From assembly GCA_049724395.1 (NCBI GenBank), contig JAUGWO010000034.1, positions 62,001 to 126,000 on the forward strand: a stretch of DNA of 64,000 nt, written 5' to 3'. Every line of letters starts with the position of its first letter. Within the stretch, counting starts at the first letter, position 1. The notes under the pieces were generated by a model. The model made no database searches. It was not told the origin of the DNA and saw only the letters and a program-made list of their open reading frames with translations. The DNA is from Spongospora subterranea f. sp. subterranea. Lineage: Eukaryota. A program made the translations under genes and the position numbers. Shown here one piece after another: positions 26,075 through 37,233 of this stretch.

Positions 26075-26824
26075 ATGAGCGACAAATCCAGGTTCTACCA
26101 TGACATTGGCTTTCCAGAGGAGAGCATATATATTGACCCTTTGACGCGCCCATATGAAATTGACTACTCCGACACGAAAGAGTATGTTGAACCCATAATG
26201 CCTGAGATGACGCTATGCCAGGCAGCATCTTACGCGTCACGAGCGGTTCAACTGATAAATAAGGGCAAAAGTTTGGCCGTCGCTCAAAACAAATTTCATA
26301 ACAGAGATGAACAGGAAGATCCGATTTCGATCGGTATTTCGCAGATGAACAGTATTGAACGTTTTTTATATGACGCAATCGAGCAAGGGAATTCGCTCCC
26401 GCCGTTCAATCATGATCAAAGCGGTGATGACGATTTGCAATCTTCCAAGATGCCAGTGGTTGGAACCGCATCATATAAAGCGCTGTACTCCAAATACACA
26501 GAAGCGTTGCGAATGATGTATAAAAGGGAAGATATTACGGCCGAGAACACAGCTTGGTGGAGGAACAAATACCGAACCCTGATTCCGGCTTGTAATGCGT
26601 ATGCCAAGATTATCAGTGCCAGGAATGCTAACCAAAAAGGGGTTGTGAAGATGACAGCGTACGAGTTCGAAGAATTTCGGACAGTGAAAGCGGAGATCTC
26701 AGCACTGGGACGAATAATGGAGAGAGAAGGGAGATTAATAAGGGAGCGGATGGCGGCATGTGAATCATACAAACTGGCTCTTGTGCAGCGGCGGGATGTG
26801 CTGCGACAAGCACTCAAAGATTAA
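26075..26824 (+). CDS. Intronless orphan protein (~249 aa) with helical/coiled-coil C-terminus
   Basis: Long open frame from MSDKSRFY; no motif recognised. Confidence 0.6.
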   Translation: MSDKSRFYHDIGFPEESIYIDPLTRPYEIDYSDTKEYVEPIMPEMTLCQAASYASRAVQLINKGKSLAVAQNKFHNRDEQEDPISIGISQMNSIERFLYDAIEQGNSLPPFNHDQSGDDDLQSSKMPVVGTASYKALYSKYTEALRMMYKREDITAENTAWWRNKYRTLIPACNAYAKIISARNANQKGVVKMTAYEFEEFRTVKAEISALGRIMEREGRLIRERMAACESYKLALVQRRDVLRQALKD

Positions 26825-27142
26825 GTTTAAGGCAGATCGCGACCAGAATTGATAATGAGAACATGGCAAAATCAAGAGTGCCTCCGGCACATTAAACAGC
26901 ATCATGGTGGCTCTGGATGTTTATTCAAGCTACAGCGTGCCAGGAAACGAATAGGACTGATAACTGCAAACATTAAATTTACACAAATTCTTTGTTAATC
27001 CTCTCAATCTTTTGTTCAGTCAAACCTGGACGATCTACCCCGGTGCAGTTAAATGGCAGTCTTTCCAAGTTTCGATTCATTGACTAACTTTTGGGGCAAA
27101 TGCGACTTCACAATTGAGGCGATGTTTTTTTATATAATCGTT

Positions 27143-27430
27143 TTAGAGGTGTGTACTTGAGTCGACTCAACTCCAATTTCGACTCAACTTTTTTGCTGAG
27201 TCGACTTGGAGTCGTTAGGGAATAATTGGAGTCGACTTGAGTTGGTTCGAGTCGACTCCACGAGCTGATGATTGTGTTCAGATAAGGAGCATTCGTTATT
27301 GGCCACCGACTCATCGCAATTCGAGTCGACTCCACAGTCGACTCCGGGACAACTCAAACATTCCGCTGAGTCGACTCCAAGTCGTTGGAGATTGTCCTGA
27401 GTCGACTCCGAGTCGAAGTATCGACTTGAC
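27143..27430. repeat. Cluster of GAGTCGACT(C) palindromes; possible DNA-transposon end
   Basis: Eight GTCGAC sites in ~250 bp plus degenerate copies, beginning after TAGAGGTGT. Confidence 0.75.
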
Positions 27431-27661
27431 AGCGGTAGATCGTTTACGACGCACGGGAAGCCCTCCAAAAATAGCGAACGAAGCAAGTGTGGGGCGGTGT
27501 TGGTACTGTTTTACGGCGTTACGACTTGCGCCAATCGCCGTGGACCTTGGATCCGCAAATTAGAGCTGTACTCATGTGTGACTGGTTTTCACTTGACAAA
27601 CGTCGGGCTTCGGCAACCACGGAACGAGGTTTCGGTCCGTCGACTTTCACAAGGTAGATCG

Positions 27662-28623
27662 ATGCCTCGTCAACCGTTGGTGATTGGGATTGCTGGCGGG
27701 AGTGGCTCAGGAAAAACAACTTTGGCAAAGTTAGATAATTGTACTTTCAGTAATTGTTGTTTCTTACGAGCCGGGATTCGCTGCGTCTAGTGCGATTCTG
27801 GCGAAAGCTAGCTGTCCCGGTCGCGTACGGCTTTTGTCGACGGATTCATTCTATAAACCATTGAGCGATCATGAGGTCTTGCCGAAGTTGCCTTCATCCG
27901 TTTCTCGTTAAAATCAATTTTTCAGTTGAAGCATGTCTCCGAGTACAATTTCGATGCGCCTGAGTCCACAGACTGGGATTGGTTGGTCCGAGCCTTAGAC
28001 GATTTATCGCATGGGAAAGATACGATCATCCCTGAATGTATTGTTACAATCCTAATGCCGCCATATTCAAGGCAGTTTGTTCACAAATTTTGTAGATGAT
28101 TTTGTCACTCATTCAAGAACGAAAGTTGATGTGCCGCTTCAGAAGGCGGATATCATCGTGGTAGAAGGCATTTTGTTGTTTTTTGACAAGCGTGTCCGCG
28201 ACATGTGCAACCTGAAGCTGTTCATGAGCGTTGACAATGATACCAGATTAGCACGTAGATGTCAGTGTCGTACTAATGCAACAAATGCTTTTGCGTCTAA
28301 CAGCATGGACACCATACAGTGCGGCGAGATGTGACTGAAAGGGGTCGATCAGTAGATTGCGTCATCAATCAGTATTTGAAAACTGTCAAACCTGCCTTCA
28401 TCACTTTTGTCGATCCGACTCGAGTTTATGCCGATATCATGTAAGTTGGCGGCAATGTCGCTGGGCAAGTGTTTATATATTTTACAGTGTTCCTGATCGA
28501 GGGTGCCTTACCGCACCAATCAATCTGATAGCGGATACTGTGGAGGCACATTTTCGGCGAACAGACTCAATCGACCGTAATGATCGCGATGCTTCCCCAA
28601 ATTTAATTCAAAAAAGTCTATAA
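27662..28623 (+). CDS. Uridine/cytidine kinase; multi-exon
   Basis: 'VIGIAGGSGSGKTT' P-loop, 'YNFDAPES', 'IIVVEGILLF', 'DNDTRLARR'. Confidence 0.92.
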
Positions 28624-28719
28624 AATTGTCAGATGGATTCCCTATTTTTGTACGTCCCGCAACCGCTACTAGAATCGATACAATTTAATGGGTCAAATAT
28701 TGTAATTGTCTTATTGGGT

Positions 28720-29815
28720 TCACGAAACGGGAGCTAGTGGACGAGGCGGTCCTTCCGGAGTGACATACGCGGCTGTTAAACCGCCATCAACCAAAAACTC
28801 GGTCCCTGTGACGAAACTGGCTTCATCGCTGGCCAAGAAAAGGGCGCCAGCTGCCATTTCATACGATTCCCCGAATCTTCCCATTGGAACTATATCAAAA
28901 TTATACCGCTGCGGCTAGGAGTAGAGATTTTGCAAACCATGGACGAGACGCCTTTGTTTCTTTTGTTCAGTATCAAGAAATTTCATTAACAGATCTGTCC
29001 GGACAGGGCCAGGGCATAATGCATTCACCCGTATACCCTAAATCGCCATTAGAAAAGATGAATGACTTCGAAGCACCTCATACCTCTCGGGCGTGGAGAA
29101 CTGCTAGTTCTCGAGTCATTGCAAGGACAGCACCCTTTGAACTCGTGTAGGCTAGCTGCGGTGTAGCTGCCCCGACAAGTCCAACGAAGCTAGCCGTATT
29201 GATGATTGATCCTCCGCCAGCCCGCCTCATCGATGGTATACCTGATACCCAAGTAAGCAGCTGGAATCACAGCATTTTTTCAAATTTGTACCATATTTGC
29301 AGCCGTAAAAAACTCCTGATTGAGCGCATCAGCAAGCACAACAACAACCGATGACCCTGTAAATTGATACCTTTGACGTTAATAGCGAATGTCTTGTCCC
29401 AGGTTTCTTCACTTGTAGTTTCAGCATTATCGTCATCATTCAGCATAACGCCTGCATTATTGAACAGGATGTCAAGCTTCCCGAATTCAATCTCAGCGGA
29501 TTCGACCATCTTTCAGCAAGGTCAGATATATCTACGCGGTTCAAGAAGGGACCCAACCTTTTTGCAATCCTCCTGTTTTGATACATCTGCGACGAACGTC
29601 ACGCAGGCAGATTTCGGATATGCCTCAGAAACAACTCGCTTTGTTTCCTCGGCCGCCTTTTCATCAAAATCGGCAATTATGAGACTGGCACCTTCCCGAG
29701 CAAAAAGGAGGCATGTCTGTCGTCCTATCCCACCACCAGCACCCGTAACAATAGCAACCTTTCCCGACACTCGTCCAGCCGATGAAGAAAAGAGGCGCCG
29801 ACCTATTCCCATCAT
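28720..29815 (-). CDS. Short-chain dehydrogenase/reductase, probably mitochondrial; multi-exon
   Basis: '[14 protein letters not shown]', 'LDILFNNAG', 'AYTSSKGAV', '[20 protein letters not shown]'. Confidence 0.92.
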
Positions 29816-30255
29816 TGCAGCGGTTAGGTATATCCACAATGGATGCCCCAACAGAGTGGTACAGGATCTGCCGACCCCACAGTCACCAGAGTATACTGGC
29901 ATCTGGTACTGTAGGCGCATTGTACCCGTTGTGCGTCAGTGATTATCCATTGGCTCATTATTACAGCTTCATTAAACCCATCCTTGATCAATCGAGCATT
30001 ATTGGCCTATCAATCACCTACCGCATATCAATGTTTCATGTAAAAGACCAGATATCAGGTCAAAGTAACTGTTCAGCCCAATGGCGAACACGTGACGGAC
30101 TCGAAAACAAGGGAAACTTCTTAACACTGTAGAGTTGCCAATAGGAAATATTTACTAGGGATAGACAAAATGAAAGGAAGCGCTTCACACCCATGTTTGA
30201 GAGCTACGGATCGCCAGAAAATCGTCTCAACACTGATAGAACACAGAAACATCGG

Positions 30256-30504
30256 CTATCGGATAGGATATTCTTTCAAGGCATCACCGAGTTGCGACTT
30301 GTCGAGTAATCCGATCTGGTATTGCCGGTATAGATCCTGCCGTCTTTGCATCAAGTCTTCGCGCTCCCGAACCTTCAACAGATGTTTGTTTTGGACATGC
30401 ATTTGATAGACGGTGTCAATTGCTCCAACGGCGATGATGGCCCCGAACAGTGCCATTAGCCCTTTGCTCCCTGAAATTGTCGCCATCGACTTGATGAGCA
30501 GCAT
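30256..30504 (-). CDS. Small single-TM protein (possibly PET117-like)
   Basis: 82 aa, one hydrophobic helix followed by 'TVYQMHVQ' and a charged tail. Confidence 0.45.
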   Translation of the reverse strand: MLLIKSMATISGSKGLMALFGAIIAVGAIDTVYQMHVQNKHLLKVREREDLMQRRQDLYRQYQIGLLDKSQLGDALKEYPIR

Positions 30505-31200
30505 GTCCCCGTAACGGCCGTAACGGTGGAACTGTACCAGCCCCGACTCCGCAGTGTACAGCGCCCAGTGTATAGGCCCGCTAGCGCCAGTTCATGATCG
30601 TTTTGGAAAATATTCGATCGATGGTACCTGTTTGTTTTCGCCCCCCCATAGAGTGATAGGCAGACCCCAACCTTTGTAATGATCATCTGTAGACCACACT
30701 CATATCTACACCATATTGTTCCTCTGCACACCTACACATCAAATCTTCCCTCCCTATCCTTCTAATCTGACTCAATCCACTTCCGTATCAGACCGATGTT
30801 GACTCCAGACAAAGATGAAGGATGAAGCGCAAATCGATTTTGAAAGCGGTAGATAGTGACCATCTTTTCAAATTAATATTTTGGCCTCAAATATTAGTTC
30901 CCGGGAACGCAGTCCATTAGCCAACAAAATCGGAAGGCGATGTGTGAAGATCGTGCTGTATGTTCTGTCGCTGTCAAACGGCCATCTTATCGCCGAATTA
31001 AGTGAGGACTAATAAACCCACGCAAACCGGAAACGTTTTTCTTTATAGCAAAGACCAACCGAAGATTATACTGATAAAGTGGAAGATATTCTAATCTTTT
31101 ACAGGACGCTTTATGCTTGAAAAAAAAACTTTAAAAGGGCGACGGAATCCACTGGATTTTTTCAAACAAAGCAGGTGTAGTCACCATATAACCAACCATA

Positions 31201-31231
31201 CCTTGGGATTATGGGGCACATAATCCCAAGG
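31201..31231. other. Perfect 13-bp inverted repeat (hairpin)
   Basis: ccttgggattatg-gggca-cataatcccaagg. Confidence 0.85.
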
Positions 31232-31380
31232 CGTACTCGACCGATTTTAGGAAGACTTTTCAAATTGAAGGGGTCGTGGATCGGCTGGAAAAGAATGGGA
31301 ACCTGTACCCCTGCCAATATTTGAAACAATCGGTATTGTTTGCAGAGCGGGTAGGAATAAGACTACTATCGGGGCAATCG

Positions 31381-32571
31381 ATGAGTGACGAGTATTGTCT
31401 AATGCCAGGTTGCTATGCAGTCCCGAGCGACGATATATCCCTTTTCAATGCGATTCATTTAACTGCACTCATCACGTTCACCGCATCCATCGTCGGTTCT
31501 CTATACGTCATCGCTCGAGGCGTTGTCGTTGAAAAACGCTATCAGAAATTCGGGTATCGCTTCCCGCTTTACCTATCTGCGTTTGATCTCGGTTGGGCAG
31601 TTTCCCATTTTACTGATCATATCTACATATTTACGACGCATCATTACCCGCCGTCTCCGTTGGCTGAGATATTTGGCGCCATGTTGCAATGGTTCATCTT
31701 GGCTCAAGGAATGACGGTGGTTATCATCACCGGCTCTGCTTATTTCCGGCTCGTGAAAGGGCGGGCGGTCGGGTTAGGCCCATACGATATCTTCCTGCAT
31801 CTGCCCATATTGATGGTCCAAATACCGACTGTCACCGTGGGCATCGGGATGAAGTGGTTTGGCCCATCCGGCTACTGGAACTGGATTCGGGCCGATCACC
31901 CCAACGCAATGATAATAGATGGGGTCTTTACCACGATTCCGGTTCTGATCATATTCGGGTTCACCTGTTTTTTCTGCTGAAGGATCGCAAGGGAAATCAA
32001 CAGTCATTCGTTGGCCTATCAACGGCGAACGGCGAGGATCGAGTTATCCAAACGAAGTATCAGCACAACGCCCTGGAAATCGGTCACTCCTGTAAGAACG
32101 TCGATCGGTGCTAGCCCCGTTTTGGAAAGGGCTAAAATACCGTTGGAAGGATCGGGTGAGGCTGGGGAGATACTTGCCATAATTCAACCCCAGTCCCTGG
32201 TAACCACCATCGACACCCCGAAGCGAGACGCGTTCCGAGACGACGAAACTATACGGGCCTACGTTCGAATCAATCTCTTCGCCTATTTGTATATCATACA
32301 ATGGGCACCAGGTAAATATGACCAGCAGAACTTAAAGGTTTGAGACCAACAGAATTTAGAGGTTTCATCGGTTTTCGCGAAAAGAGTTTGATTTCGAATT
32401 TGACTTGGGATGACAAATAATTAATGATCTGGGAGTGTTTTAGTGATAATCGTATCGGTTTGGTCAACATGGTATGTGGCTTTGTTGTTGGTGTTCTTCG
32501 TCAATACCGGTGGAATCATGAACTCAGCGGCATTCATCTACCTGTATGGATGGAAATCATCGTGGAGATAA
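31381..32571 (+). CDS. 7-TM GPCR, cAMP-receptor-like; in-frame TGA at 31978-31980 (possible pseudogene)
   Basis: TM pattern 'ASIVGSLYVI', 'RFPLYLSAFDL', 'FGPSGYWNWI', 'YIIQWAP', 'VNTGGIMN'; intron 32312-32443; frame continues unbroken after the TGA. Confidence 0.8.
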
Positions 32572-32880
32572 GCAAAATCGCCACTAAATACTCCCAAACA
32601 AACATCATATTTCGAAATCATTTACCTTCGGGAGAGAGAGAAGGAAAAAATCATACCGAGACCACATTTAAGACCATATAAATATTTTTTCTCAATTTGA
32701 ACGTCGCACTTCTGTAATGTGGTGATATTGTGTGGGCACCAAAACTAAAATACTGTACCGGTAGAAAGTTCCTAGTGTGAACTTGAAGATTTTATTTTCA
32801 ACTTTCCAATTTTCTGTATTTTTTCACGTCAATTTTAACTGGGAAGATTCTTGTGCCATATGATTGAAAACCGAGTTTTC

Positions 32881-33700
32881 CTAAAGTGACAATAGGTGTT
32901 GCTGGGACGCCACCTCGTCATCTTGCCAGGGGTCTTGACTGCATCCAGCGAACGCAAATGCGATCCATCGACGTTTGCGATTTTGTGCGTTGATGTCCTC
33001 AAACGCGGCCTTAATCATTTCCACTAAATGTTCGCGAGGAACTGTGAATACAAAACGTGCCAGTTCTTTCGCTGAGAGCTCGCCAATGCAAGTCATGCGA
33101 TATAATGATATTCAATCTTAATCTTCTGCTTGAGTGGCTCATTGATGGCAATATCACACACTTGATTCCCTCTTCTATGTACTCAGCGAAGATTTTACCG
33201 ACTGTAGAGAAGCTATGATTGTTTTTTAACCACTCATCAATTATACTGCCATAGTGGTTAGTAAACCGATCGATGATTAATAACAGTGTCTTGCCCATTT
33301 TCAAAATCCACTCTAGATATAACAGAAAACCATGCTGCGTCATCCAATGAGTTGGATCATACAAGACTGTTGACTTGGTGTAGTGCTTCCAGCTGTGCCT
33401 CAGAGTAGACCCAAATCCTCCAGAATCTATAATGACGCCCTTGGCAGTCAATGATGCTCTCGACTACTTGCAAAAAGAATCAAGGACAGACTCCACAACA
33501 AAGGAATCTAGGCAAGCCAGCCGTCTGAGATTTTGGTCTTCACGACGACGTATTAGCTCAGCGGCATTATGAGCTGCAGCTGCTTTTATATTGATCCCGA
33601 TCAAAGACGACCACAGCGCGGCAACCTGCATATTTTGGTATGTTGATCTAGCGCCGTGGCTAACGAAGTCTTGGGTGCAGGTGAAGAAATCTTTTTTCAT
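32881..33700 (-). mobile_element. Degenerate pogo/Tigger-type (DDE_1) transposase
   Basis: 'THWMTQHGFLLYLEW...TLLLIIDRFTNH...IKCVILP' with stops and frameshifts. Confidence 0.65.
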
Positions 33701-33845
33701 TTTCCAGCAGCGGAGACGAGTTTGGCGAAAGAAAACAATGTTGTTTGAGCGAAAGTTTTTTTGACCGGGAAGATGTAGTTTTCGACTGGTTAAGATAGGA
33801 GTTTCTGGAAAATCTGCCTTGTTTGTGAAAAGAACGCGAAATGAT

Positions 33846-34254
33846 TTAATTGATCAACTGGTGCTGGAGTGAGCGGACGATGATGATAAACGTGATGATA
33901 TACATGCAGCTGCAGGCGTGATGATGGCTGTTTGTATTCAGGCACGTGCTGATGAAATAAACTTTGCCGTTGACCACGCATCTATTCCTGAATTTTAAAT
34001 TGGAGTAGGCGAAAACGTCTATGTACATCAAGCAAAATATGATGAAGCAATCTGACTGCTTGTTCAGCAGGCAAACGGCCAATGACGACGCCGAAACTTG
34101 GCAATTTGATCAAGAACAGGGAAACGTCCGCTTCGAATTGCAGCACGATAAAAGCAATTGCCATCGCCGATGACTTCTTCTGGGCAACACCCGCACTTGA
34201 TACTCGAATGAGTGAAAAAGAGACCATCCGATGTTTTGAAATTTGCATCAGCAA
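33846..34254 (-). pseudogene. OTU-like cysteine protease fragment
   Basis: 'EVIGDGNCFYRA' catalytic Cys motif; frames disrupted. Confidence 0.6.
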
Positions 34255-34644
34255 TCTTGTTCAGATCGAATGCTGAATATCTGATAATGATAATTGATTT
34301 ATTCGATAGAAAACAGTTGTGCAAAGCAGACAAATCAGGGAAAATAGGAAGAGCGCAAGGAACTACGTACTGATCAGATTTTCGCCTACTGTAATGAAGT
34401 TTGTCTATGGTGCCAGCTCATGTCCACTTATTGGGATAATTGGCACCAAGTAACAATCCCCCTTGACGTGCTGCATTTGCCAAATCAGTTGGGATTAGCG
34501 TCTAGACACAGTTGCGCTCAGTCGGATAATAGTGAGTCAACCATGTGTGGTGAATCGATATTCCCGCTCACATTATATATTATATCGATTGGATAACTGA
34601 CCATTCTGTGTTGTTGTGTTGGGCCAAACCGACGTCGAGAAACT

Positions 34645-35067
34645 ATGCTGGTCTATATTGGAATGGCGTCCGACATCATCCATGAGGGGCATATCAATAT
34701 CATTATGGCCGCGCGCCAACTCGGATCTGTTTGCGTTGGCCTTCTGACGGATGAGGCCATCCGAACGTATAAACGCCAACCCATCCTCTCGTACGAATCG
34801 CGGAAAACGGTTGTGGAGAACATCCGAGGCGTTGACCTGGTAGTGCCGCAATTCGAGCACGATTACCGTCCGAATCTGGACGTGATACGACCAGATATCG
34901 TGGTGCATGGAGATGATTGGCGAACTGGGCCACAATCTCATATCCGTCAACAAGTGATCGAGAAGCTGGCCGAATGGGGAGGGCGGCTCGTAGAACCACC
35001 GTATACATCAGGGATATCAACGACCGAAATCATTGAAAGGTGTCAACAATATTCAAAAGAAATATGA
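34645..35067 (+). CDS. Bacterial-type cytidylyltransferase (HIGH-motif, TagD-like), intronless
   Basis: '[17 protein letters not shown]', '[13 protein letters not shown]', '[14 protein letters not shown]', '[17 protein letters not shown]'. Confidence 0.92.
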   Translation: MLVYIGMASDIIHEGHINIIMAARQLGSVCVGLLTDEAIRTYKRQPILSYESRKTVVENIRGVDLVVPQFEHDYRPNLDVIRPDIVVHGDDWRTGPQSHIRQQVIEKLAEWGGRLVEPPYTSGISTTEIIERCQQYSKEI

Positions 35068-35196
35068 AGATATCGCTTGGGCATTGGTCATTACAACATC
35101 AGGGAACGACAGAATAAATAATTGTATGGCCTGGTTTGACGACAATATATCACAATCGGGAGCGAAAACTTATACGACGGCACAACTGTAATAAAT

Positions 35197-36922
35197 GGGC
35201 CTACAGAATTGACTGGATCAAAAAGCTGGATCAAAAAGTGCGTGCCAGTCTTTGAATCCAGTCTTTTCTGTCCTACAGAAAAGACTGGATTCAAATCACC
35301 AGTCATGACGTTCAAAAGACTGGATTCAATCATTCGAATTAAATCAGAGGCCCCGCCATACAAATGACTCAAAGGATTTTCTGCGAAGTGAACAGGGTTA
35401 CCGGACGGTGCGGTGCGACCGTGCGGCTCCGGGACTTCCCGCATTCCACAATTTGATCAGACTTGGTAGCAAGAGCTTGTATAATCACATCCCGAGATCT
35501 TAATACTCATGCCTGCCTCCAACTTCCCTTTACAACAAATGCGGCGCGCGCAGTCCACATGGGCAATTGATGACTCTGACGATTTCGATTTAACTCCTCA
35601 CAATCACACTGATCACGAAATTGATTCATCGGGATACCCACTGTCAACTGATGGAGATTGTCTATACCGGTTTGAAAAATTAAGGACATGCCCAATCTAC
35701 TTAATCGCTATTCCCGGTGGCAGTTACAGAGCACAAGGTCTCTCCAGATTGGCAAGGGCGTGCGTTTTGTTGCAAAAAGATGTGTCGGGGTTCTTTTTTG
35801 TTCTCTGCCGACCTCTGCTTGTCGTGTCTCAGCGTTAAGGCCGAAGCAGAACGACCCTAATGATTTCAACATCAGGTATTTTTCTGGTCTTTCTTTTTCA
35901 TAATGCTGAACTAATCGTTAGTTGTCGGAACGGCTGTGGTGAAACTATTATCCGGCAGGAATGCTTGCCAATGACGGGCGAGCCCCTGACACTTCTAAGG
36001 AATTAGTTGGCCCGGACAATATAGTAAAAGCTAAATTAGGTCGCCCTAAAGGAAGTCGTAACATTGATAGAAATGCACTGACTACGTATCAAAGCTATGG
36101 CCATGACAATAATACGTGCTACATCACGTCTTTATTGGAATGTTTATTTCTTGTTTCAAGGTTTGCTCTGTACGTAGATTGCTCGTTGAATCTGTTTTTT
36201 ATTCTCCCACAGAAACGGTGGATAACCTGAACAGTTTTGTTGCCGTTACAAAACCGAATGAAAGGGCAAATACAGCGGTCGTTGCGAAGGTGTGCAAAGA
36301 GACGTTCATTACTTGTTCCAATTGCCTACAGACGGGCCACACCAGGAGATGAAAATCTTGTCCTAAAACTTATAAAATAATTTCAACAACTTGCAAACGA
36401 AAATAATCTGAATCGACGGACGAAGAAGTCGACTGCGATATCAGCCCTTTCATCAAGTTTTGAAAAACGGCATAGAACCGTCCAGAGTGTCCAGCCTTCT
36501 GCAGAGTTTGCCCGATATTTGATTAACTTGTCTAAGCATTTCAATTTTCTCGAGTGCCACTTGGACGAGTTGAAGCCTGGACGAGTCTTCGCTAAAGCTG
36601 CCACCTCTTAGGGTCTTTTACACTGTCCTAAACCCCAAGCTGCCACCTCTTAAACCCGTAACCCCAACAACCCATAAACCTGCCAACCTCGTTGAACCTT
36701 GGGGGTCCACAAACGAGCCAAAGTCGTATTGCTGAACTACGACCTCCACCAGTCATTTGTATGGCGGGGCCTCTGATTTAATTCGAATATTGAATCCAGT
36801 CTTTTGAACGTCATGACTGGTGATTTGAATCCAGTCTTTTCTGTAGGACAGAAAAGACTGGATTCAAAGACTGGCACGCACTTTTTGATCCAGCTTTTTG
36901 ATCCAGTCTTTTCTAGTGGCCC
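35197..36922 (+). mobile_element. Non-autonomous Mutator-like (MULE/foldback) element
   Basis: ~173-bp TIRs (35197-35369 and 36751-36922); perfect 9-bp TSD GTAATAAAT (35188-35196, 36923-36931). Confidence 0.93.
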
Positions 36923-37233
36923 GTAATAAATACGGAAACATTCAGCCGATGTGCCAAATTGCAGGAGTATTGCGGCTAAGTCAGCTTCAAAGCAAAAAAA
37001 TGGCAGATAGTGTATTATCGCTATGGATTCCGTGTTGTAATTCCGGCACATATATTGTGATTGTGGTGACACGACAGGACTTACAGCAGGCGCTCAGAAG
37101 TTGGCATTGAATCGCGCCAGATTGTGAGGAGTGTGTAGATGAAACAGTGTGTGCGGAGTCCGTGACGGAGATCTTCGTATCTTCCTGCCCGATACAGAAC
37201 AAAGCGCCCAAGGCGGCTAATAAATTTTCGAGG

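Noticed and set aside
27662..35067. Metabolic cluster of uridine kinase, SDR and cytidylyltransferase
   Set aside because: The first two are ordinary intron-containing genes separated from the third by a GPCR and TE relics; no evidence of a shared pathway
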